Shown here in pieces: positions 57,809 through 64,000 of a stretch of 64,000 bases of DNA. The position numbers and the translations under genes are program-made. Within the stretch, counting starts at the first letter, position 1, and each line of letters begins with the position of its first letter. The stretch is from an uncultured delta proteobacterium (GTDB taxonomy: Bacteria > Myxococcota > UBA727 > VGSZ01): positions 320,001-384,000 of the forward strand of contig CAVZJB010000008.1 of NCBI GenBank assembly GCA_963775425.1, written 5' to 3'. Below the pieces are notes generated by a model. That model saw only the letters and a program-made list of their open reading frames with translations. It did not search any database and was not told the origin of the DNA.

Positions 57809-58732
57809 GTGACGTCGTCGAGCGCCCCGGGGCGAAGGCGGCCGCTGTTCGGCGGCGCCGTGATCCTCGTGGCCGCGCTCATCTGGGGCTACGCCTTCGT
57901 CCCCCAGAAGATGACGGTCATCGCGCTGCCGCCGCTGTCGGCGACGGCGCTGCGCTTCTGCATGGCCGCGCCGCTCGCGTGCCTGCTCGCGAACCGCCGG
58001 CTGCTCCACCCGGGCGTGCGCATGCGCCACGCCGTCGGCCTGGGCGTGGTGCTCACCGTCGTGTACCTCACGCAGACGGCGGCGCTCGTGTGGGCGCCGG
58101 TGGCGCGCGTCTCGCTGATCACCGGCATGTACGCGGTGTTCGTCCCGCTGTTCGCTCCGTTGCTGCGGCAGCCCCGGCCGACGGCGGGGCACTGGGCGGG
58201 CGTGGTCCTCGCCGTCGCTGGCCTGCTCGCGCTCACGGGCGTGCTCGACCGTGGCGGCTCGGCGGCGGCGGGCGTGCCCCTCAACATCGGCGACCTCCTC
58301 GTCCTCGTCCACGCCGTGGTCAGCGCGTTCCAGGTGCTGTTCGTCGGCAGGCTCGCGCGCCACGCGGACCCCTTCGCCCTCAACGCCGTGCAGCTCGTCG
58401 TCGTCGCAGTGATCTCGGTGCCGGCCGCGCTCGTCGTCGACGGCGTCCCCCACCTCGGCGCGCTCGGCGGGGACGCGTGGGCGGCCTTCGGCTACCTCGC
58501 GGTGTTTTCGACGGTGGTGGCGTTCACCTGTCAGATCGTCGGCCAGCGGCACGCGTCGGCGCCGACGGCGGCGCTCATCATGCTCCTCGAGGCGCCGCTC
58601 GGCGTGGCCGCCGCGGTGGTGTTCTTCGACGAGGCCATGCGGCCCGTGCAGTGGCTCGGGGCCGCCATCCTCCTCGGCGGCGTCGGCGTCTCGCTCGCGG
58701 CCGAGGTGCGCCGCGCGCGCGGCGGGCGGTGA
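57809..58732 (+). CDS. DMT/EamA family transporter
   Basis: IWGYAF, ALRF, GDLLVL, YLAVFST, EAP; about 10 TM helices. Start uncertain (57791 possible). Confidence 0.9.
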   Translation: MTSSSAPGRRRPLFGGAVILVAALIWGYAFVPQKMTVIALPPLSATALRFCMAAPLACLLANRRLLHPGVRMRHAVGLGVVLTVVYLTQTAALVWAPVARVSLITGMYAVFVPLFAPLLRQPRPTAGHWAGVVLAVAGLLALTGVLDRGGSAAAGVPLNIGDLLVLVHAVVSAFQVLFVGRLARHADPFALNAVQLVVVAVISVPAALVVDGVPHLGALGGDAWAAFGYLAVFSTVVAFTCQIVGQRHASAPTAALIMLLEAPLGVAAAVVFFDEAMRPVQWLGAAILLGGVGVSLAAEVRRARGGR

Positions 58733-58735
58733 GCT

Positions 58736-59596
58736 TCAGCGCAGGACGGGCACCGCCGCGGGCGTGACGACGACGATCTTCACCGCGCCAACCGACGCGA
58801 ACGACGGCACCTTCTTCAGGCGGTGCACGAGCTCCTGGCTGCGGAGCTGCACCTCGTGCGCGAGGAGCGTCGAGCGCACCTCGACGAGCACGCGGGTCTC
58901 GGCGCGGTCGGCGAAGCCCACCGGACGGCACAGGCTCCACAGCTCCTCGCCGACGGCGGGCCGCACCACCTCCTCGGAGAAGCGCGCGGCGCGCCGCAGC
59001 ACCTCGCCGAAGGGGGTGTTCCGCGCCGCGCCCGCGATGCGCATGCGCACGTCGTTTCTGGGCAGCGCCACCTTGCCGCGCGCGGGGACGTCGAGGAGCG
59101 CGCGCAGGGGATCGCCGTCGTCGAGGGGAAGCTTGGCCACGCCGCGCGACTTCTTGCGCTCGCGCACGGCGCGCGCGACGGCGCGGCGCACGTGGTCCTC
59201 GCTGTCCTTGGCGCGCGTCGCCTCGGCGTAGAGCGCGGCGCGCGCGAGGGTGCGCAGGCTGCCGTCGACCGCCTCGTCCATGCGTGCGCCGGGGTGGCGC
59301 GGCGTGGTGGCGAGCGTCCAGGCGGCGTCGCTGCAGTTGCGCGCGAACTGCAGGAGCTCGCGCGGCTGGGTGAGGTCGTGGATGGCGCGCGCGAAGCGCG
59401 TGACGACGTCGCGAAGCCCCGCGCGCTGCGTGACGCCGAGCTTCTTGGCGGGGCCGCCCGGTCGCATGAGCTGCACCATCGCGATCTCGGCGGCGTCCTC
59501 GACGGAGAAGCGCCCGCGCTCGAGCGCGTGGCGCAACGCGCGCACCACGAGGCGCGTGCTCTCCTCGGCCCGATCGCCGGCCCGCCGCCCCGTCAC
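58736..59596 (-). CDS. Protein with a C-terminal DUF721/DciA-like domain
   Basis: VG..LW..CRPV....VLVEVRST.LAHEVQL..QELV.RL; GTG start coupled to the upstream stop. Confidence 0.6.
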   Translation of the reverse strand: MTGRRAGDRAEESTRLVVRALRHALERGRFSVEDAAEIAMVQLMRPGGPAKKLGVTQRAGLRDVVTRFARAIHDLTQPRELLQFARNCSDAAWTLATTPRHPGARMDEAVDGSLRTLARAALYAEATRAKDSEDHVRRAVARAVRERKKSRGVAKLPLDDGDPLRALLDVPARGKVALPRNDVRMRIAGAARNTPFGEVLRRAARFSEEVVRPAVGEELWSLCRPVGFADRAETRVLVEVRSTLLAHEVQLRSQELVHRLKKVPSFASVGAVKIVVVTPAAVPVLR

Positions 59597-60318
59597 TGAA
59601 AGCTCCACGTGCCGCCGACGTCGACGCCGGCGTAGATCGCGGAGAATGGGCCCGCGTCGCCGGCCCGTTGAAACGGGCTCGATGAGGCGCCGGCGCGGCC
59701 GCCGACGACGCCGCGGGCCTCGCCGGTGAAAGGCCCGATGGAGTAGCGGAAGGCGAGCGCGGTGCCCATCTCGCCGCCGAGCGCGACGGTGCGCTCCTGC
59801 ACGCTCGGCAGGTCGGCGAAGACATAGAGCGACGGGCCCGAGTACAGATCCCACAACAGCGAGAAGCGGTTCTCGCGCACGAGGTCGTAGCGGATGCCCG
59901 TGATGAGCGACGCCACCGACGACGCCGTGGTCCCCGCGGCCGGGACGCCGTCGAGCCCGACGTACGTGCGCCCGCCGAACACCACGGCGAGGCGGTCGAC
60001 CGGGTAGTAGCGGCCGACCCCGTTGAGCACGATGCCGCCGATGGTGGGCAGCTTCAGCGCCGGCTGCACCGCCCCGAACGCCGCCTCGCCGCCGACGAGC
60101 ACGCTGATTTCGAAGCGCTGCCCCCGCCGCGGGGCCCAGTACGGCTCCTTCGGATCGAGCCAGCGACCGGCGAAGAGGTCGTCGAGGAAGGTGTCGAGCT
60201 TGCTCGGCTTGTCCTTGACGACGCCCGCGGCGCCCGTCTCTTCGTCGTCGCCGCCGGGCGGCGCGGCGAGCGCCGGCGCAGCGACGGCGAGGAGCAGGGC
60301 GCAAAGGACGGGACGCAC
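59593..60318 (-). CDS. Secreted protein, probable outer-membrane beta-barrel
   Basis: Signal peptide (ALA), amphipathic strands, C-terminal GGTWSFQ. Confidence 0.6.
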   Translation of the reverse strand: MRPVLCALLLAVAAPALAAPPGGDDEETGAAGVVKDKPSKLDTFLDDLFAGRWLDPKEPYWAPRRGQRFEISVLVGGEAAFGAVQPALKLPTIGGIVLNGVGRYYPVDRLAVVFGGRTYVGLDGVPAAGTTASSVASLITGIRYDLVRENRFSLLWDLYSGPSLYVFADLPSVQERTVALGGEMGTALAFRYSIGPFTGEARGVVGGRAGASSSPFQRAGDAGPFSAIYAGVDVGGTWSFQ

Positions 60319-60327
60319 GAAAAAACC

Positions 60328-62343
60328 TTAGCGTGTGTGCCGGCTGCGGCGCAGGGCCTTCGTCGCCCGCCGGACGGCCCCCTTGTCCGGCGGCGCCCCC
60401 CCGAAGCGCTCGGCCTCGTACAGGGCGAGCGCGTCCGAAAGCGCCGCCCCGAGCGCGTCGGGCAGCGCGCCCGCGCCGTCCACCGCCTCTCGCAGCGTCG
60501 CCGCGTCCCTCACCGGCGCGTGGGTGACCCGGCCCAGCTCGTCGACGATGGCGCGCGCGAGCGGGTGGACGTCCGGCTGCGCGGCGCGGCGCCGGCGCCG
60601 GCGCCAGGCGATCGCGACGCCCGCGGCGGCGGCGGCGAGCACGAGGGGAGCGGCCAGCGCCCAGGGCGGCACGGGGCTCTTGCGCTCCACCTGGCGCAGC
60701 GCGTGGCGCGCGCGGTCGAGCGCGTCGGTCTGGTCGGTGAGCGAGTAGTCGAGCACCGTGTCGTCCCAGAAGCGGCGGGCGCGCTCGAGGACGGACGCCA
60801 TGCCGTGCAGCTCCTCGCGCGGCGCGGTGGCGAGCGGCGTGGCGTCGTCGACGATCCAACCGGCGTCGTCGTCCCACCACTCCACCCACGCGTGGGCGTT
60901 CTTCTCGGCGAACACGACGACGCCGTCGTCCCACGCGCCCCCCTGAAAACCGCCGATCACGCGCGCGGGCACCCCGGCGGCGCGCAAGAGCAGCGCGTAC
61001 GCCGCGGCGAAGTACTCGCAGTGCCCCTGGCGCTCCTCGAGGAGGAACGTCCGCAGCGGGGACGCCGCGAAGCGCGGCGGCTCCTGGCTGTAGCGGAACT
61101 CGTGCAAGAAGAACCCGCGCAGCGCGTTCGCCTTCTGCGCCGGCGTCCGCGCGCCCGTCACGACTCGCTCGACGAGCGCCCGCAGCGGGGCGTCGAAGCC
61201 CTGCGGCACCTGAAGGAAGCGCGCGCGCAGGTCGTCGTCGAGCGGGCGCGGCGTCCTCGCCGGGGCCTTCGGGATGTAGCCGGGCGCGGCGACGCCGCCG
61301 GCGACGGCGTAGCGCATGGCGGAGACGAGGGGCGCGGTGGCCTTGGTCTCGTCGAGGATGGTGCGCCGGTCGAAGTGCAGGGGCGTGTTGGGGTTCGCGT
61401 TGCCGCCCCCGAGCACGCGCAGGCCCTTGAAGTCGCCGAGCGTGAGCATGGTGTCGCCGACGACCGGCATCACGGTGAGCTCGTAGTGCGCGTCCTCGGG
61501 GGCCGGCGCGAGCCGGACCGCGCCGCGCGTGCGGAGCTTGCCTGCGTCGGAGCGCGAAAAGCCGTCGAGCGTGATGGTGTCGTAGACGGCGCCGCGCAGA
61601 TAGAGCCCACGGTCGAACGCCTCGCGCGACACGAAGCGCGCGCGCGCGACGACGGTGGTGCCGCCGGACAGCCGCGGGTCGCCACGCAAGCCGACGGCGC
61701 CGGGCAAGCGCGACTCCTTCTTCAGGAACGCGCCGATGTCGCCGAAGCCGACGCGCGGAAACGCCGCGAACACCAGCGCGGCGCTGGCGAGGACCACCAG
61801 CGCGATGGCCGCGGTGGCGACGAAGAACGCGGGCGTGACGACGTCGGTGCGGGCGCGGATCGCGGTGCGCTCGACGTCGACGGCGCCGGCGAGGAGCTGC
61901 CGCGTGGACAGCGCCCAGACGGCGGAGACGGCGTAGACGACGAAGACGACGATGTAGCTGAGGCTGACGTTCAAGACGGACCCGGCGAGCACGAGCAGCA
62001 GCGACAGGGAGAGGGCCTGCATGTCGTGTGCGGGCGTCCTGCGCACGAGGAGCCGCGCGGCGAGCAGGCCCATCAACACCTCGGCGCCGGCGAGGACGGC
62101 GGTGTCGATGCCGCCTTGCGCGATGGTGACGCCGCCGAGCGCGATGCTGGCGAGGCCGACGAGCGTGGCCGACAGCGCCGGCGGCGTGATCCCCTTCGCC
62201 GCGAGGAGGAAGGACACCGCCGGCGCGAGGCACACGAGCCACGCGAAGTCGGGCAGCGCGCCGCCGAGGAGCACCACGGCGATGGAGGTGGTGGTGGCGC
62301 CGGCGAAGCCGATCTCGTGCGCGAGGCCGAGCGGCAACCTCAC
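60328..62343 (-). CDS. Transglutaminase-like membrane protein (TgpA/DUF3488 type)
   Basis: N-terminal TM helices, YLRG..YD, GHCEYFA, GVPARVIGGFQGG, AHAWVE, DATP. Confidence 0.92.
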   Translation of the reverse strand: MRLPLGLAHEIGFAGATTTSIAVVLLGGALPDFAWLVCLAPAVSFLLAAKGITPPALSATLVGLASIALGGVTIAQGGIDTAVLAGAEVLMGLLAARLLVRRTPAHDMQALSLSLLLVLAGSVLNVSLSYIVVFVVYAVSAVWALSTRQLLAGAVDVERTAIRARTDVVTPAFFVATAAIALVVLASAALVFAAFPRVGFGDIGAFLKKESRLPGAVGLRGDPRLSGGTTVVARARFVSREAFDRGLYLRGAVYDTITLDGFSRSDAGKLRTRGAVRLAPAPEDAHYELTVMPVVGDTMLTLGDFKGLRVLGGGNANPNTPLHFDRRTILDETKATAPLVSAMRYAVAGGVAAPGYIPKAPARTPRPLDDDLRARFLQVPQGFDAPLRALVERVVTGARTPAQKANALRGFFLHEFRYSQEPPRFAASPLRTFLLEERQGHCEYFAAAYALLLRAAGVPARVIGGFQGGAWDDGVVVFAEKNAHAWVEWWDDDAGWIVDDATPLATAPREELHGMASVLERARRFWDDTVLDYSLTDQTDALDRARHALRQVERKSPVPPWALAAPLVLAAAAAGVAIAWRRRRRRAAQPDVHPLARAIVDELGRVTHAPVRDAATLREAVDGAGALPDALGAALSDALALYEAERFGGAPPDKGAVRRATKALRRSRHTR

Positions 62344-63503
62344 GACGCGCCCCCACGTCGCGGCGCCGAAACGTCGGGGCGGGGCTCGTCGACGGCACCG
62401 GCCACCCGCGCCGCGTCGACGACGGCGGCGGTGTAAGGGGGCGCGGTCGCGCCGCGCGCGACGACGGCGACGACGACGGCGCGCCGCGCCGGCAGCGGCG
62501 GCTTCTCCGCCGTGGCGTCGAGGAGCGCGAGCCGATGCAGGAGCGCGCCGCGCTGGCGCGGACCCGGGGCAGGGGCGAGGGCGACGCCGGGCGCGCAGAC
62601 GCCCACGGCGTGGCCGGCGTCGAGGAGGTCCTCGGCGAGGCTGGCGGCGACGTCGATGGCGTGATCGACGTCTTCCGCGCGCGCGCCCGCGGCGCTGACG
62701 AGGTCGATGACGATGTCGTTGCTGCGCGCGGCCTCGGTCTCGCGCACCACCAGGCGCCCGGTGCGGGCGGCGCGGCGCCACGCGATGTGCCGCGGATCGT
62801 CGCCGGCGCGGAAGGGCCGCAGGGAGAACAGCTCGTCGCCGGGCCCGGTGCGGCGCGCGGGCGCCTCGCCGATGCGCGCGAGCAGATCCCGCGCGGCGCC
62901 GCCGACGTCGACGCGCGCGGGGAGCACGACGACGTCGAGCGGGGGATCGAGCGTGACGAGCTTGTCCTTCTCGAAGAAGCCGAAGGGGAACGCCGTGGAC
63001 GCGACCGCGGTGCGCACGGTGAGCCGCCCGCGTCGAAGCGGCGAAAACGTGAGCGCCACGACGCGCTCGCTGTGGGGCGCCACGCGCAGGTCGAAGCAGC
63101 GCGCGGGCGCGGGGACGGCGCGCGCGCCGCGCTCGAACGGCGCGCGCAGCTCGACGGCGAACGCGGGCAGCCGCCGCGCGTTTCGCACGAGGAACGACAG
63201 CGCGCCTCCGCCGCGCGCGCGCGCCTCGCCGGCGCCGCGCGGCTCGAGCCCGACCGAGCGCAGCGTCTGCTCGCTCAAGATCCCCGACACGACGATCGAC
63301 GACAACAGCAGGCCCCACCCGAAGAACAGCAAGTTGTTGCCGGTGTTGAACGCGGCGAAGCCGACGGCGAACGTGAGCGCGACGAGCGCGCGCCCCGACC
63401 CCGTCGCCCGCAGCCGCCGCCGCGGCCCGAGGCGGCGCCACCATGGCAGGCGCGCCCCTCCCTGACGCGGGCGGGCGCTGAGCGGCGCGACGTGCGTCGT
63501 CAT
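62340..63503 (-). CDS. DUF58 domain protein
   Basis: AAFNTGNNLL, FPFGFF, LRPFRAGDDPRHIAWRRAAR, LVVRE. Confidence 0.92.
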   Translation of the reverse strand: MTTHVAPLSARPRQGGARLPWWRRLGPRRRLRATGSGRALVALTFAVGFAAFNTGNNLLFFGWGLLLSSIVVSGILSEQTLRSVGLEPRGAGEARARGGGALSFLVRNARRLPAFAVELRAPFERGARAVPAPARCFDLRVAPHSERVVALTFSPLRRGRLTVRTAVASTAFPFGFFEKDKLVTLDPPLDVVVLPARVDVGGAARDLLARIGEAPARRTGPGDELFSLRPFRAGDDPRHIAWRRAARTGRLVVRETEAARSNDIVIDLVSAAGARAEDVDHAIDVAASLAEDLLDAGHAVGVCAPGVALAPAPGPRQRGALLHRLALLDATAEKPPLPARRAVVVAVVARGATAPPYTAAVVDAARVAGAVDEPRPDVSAPRRGGAS

Positions 63504-64000
63504 CGCGGCGCCGGCGTCCGCGCGACGATCTCGTCGACGACGCCCCGCGCGCGCTGCCGCGCCTCGGCGCCCTCGGGGACGCCGCGCACGGCGAGGCGGT
63601 GCACGAGGACGGCGTGGGCGGTGGCCTTGACGTCGTCGGGGAGGACGAACGCGCGCCCCGCGAGGACGGCCCGGGCGCGGCACAGCGCTGCCCAGCTCAA
63701 GGCGCCGCGCGGCGAGCACCCGAGCTCCACCGCCGGATGCGTGCGCGTGGCGTCGACGATGCGCAGGAGGTACGCGGCCACCGCGTCCGAGAGCGGGAGC
63801 GCCTTCACCTCCGCCTGCAGCGCGCGCACGCGATCCGGATCGAGGTGGGGCGCGAGCGCGCGGAGCGCGTCGTCGGCGGTGCGGTTCCCGACGAGGAGAC
63901 GGCGCTCGTCCTCCGGCGGCGGATAGCCGAGCGTGAGGCACACCATGAAGCGGTCGAGCTGGCTCTCGGGGAGCGGGTAGGCCCCGTGGTGCTCCACGGG
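63500..64000 (-). CDS. MoxR family AAA+ ATPase (C-terminal part; truncated by the window edge)
   Basis: YPLPESQLDRF, LGYP, GCSPRG, FVLPDDVK, VLVHRL. Confidence 0.93.
   Translation of the reverse strand, partial: PVEHHGAYPLPESQLDRFMVCLTLGYPPPEDERRLLVGNRTADDALRALAPHLDPDRVRALQAEVKALPLSDAVAAYLLRIVDATRTHPAVELGCSPRGALSWAALCRARAVLAGRAFVLPDDVKATAHAVLVHRLAVRGVPEGAEARQRARGVVDEIVARTPAPR

Overview
Very GC-rich bacterial DNA. The gene content (Hanks-type Ser/Thr kinases, an FHA-sigma54 activator, GE-repeat and Cys-rich lipoproteins, ECF sigma factors) suggests a Myxococcota-like deltaproteobacterium; this is inference. About 57 densely packed, often translationally coupled CDSs cover housekeeping (DinG/YoaA helicase, S1-like protein, udk, PPK2/pap, corA, manC/manB, folate enzymes), signalling (two tandem STKs, FHA-EBP, two histidine kinases, an atypical REC-AAA+ regulator, two ECF operons) and a MoxR/DUF58/transglutaminase operon. 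No rRNA, tRNA, CRISPR array, transposase or integrase was seen. The most unusual signal is a non-coding two-block element present twice, about 17.5 kb apart. Each copy begins exactly at the stop codon of the last gene of an ECF sigma/anti-sigma operon. The copies share a 55-nt core (54/55 identical) that folds into a hairpin with a UCCUUUCC loop, differ in a central insert (40 vs 136 nt), and encode a small SD-GTG ORF on the opposite strand. Other points: a frameshifted folB-cupin fusion, degenerate J-domain kinases, a GAFTGA-less AAA+ regulator, and mutually exclusive helices in the S1-like leader. Product calls come from motif recognition by eye, not database searches.
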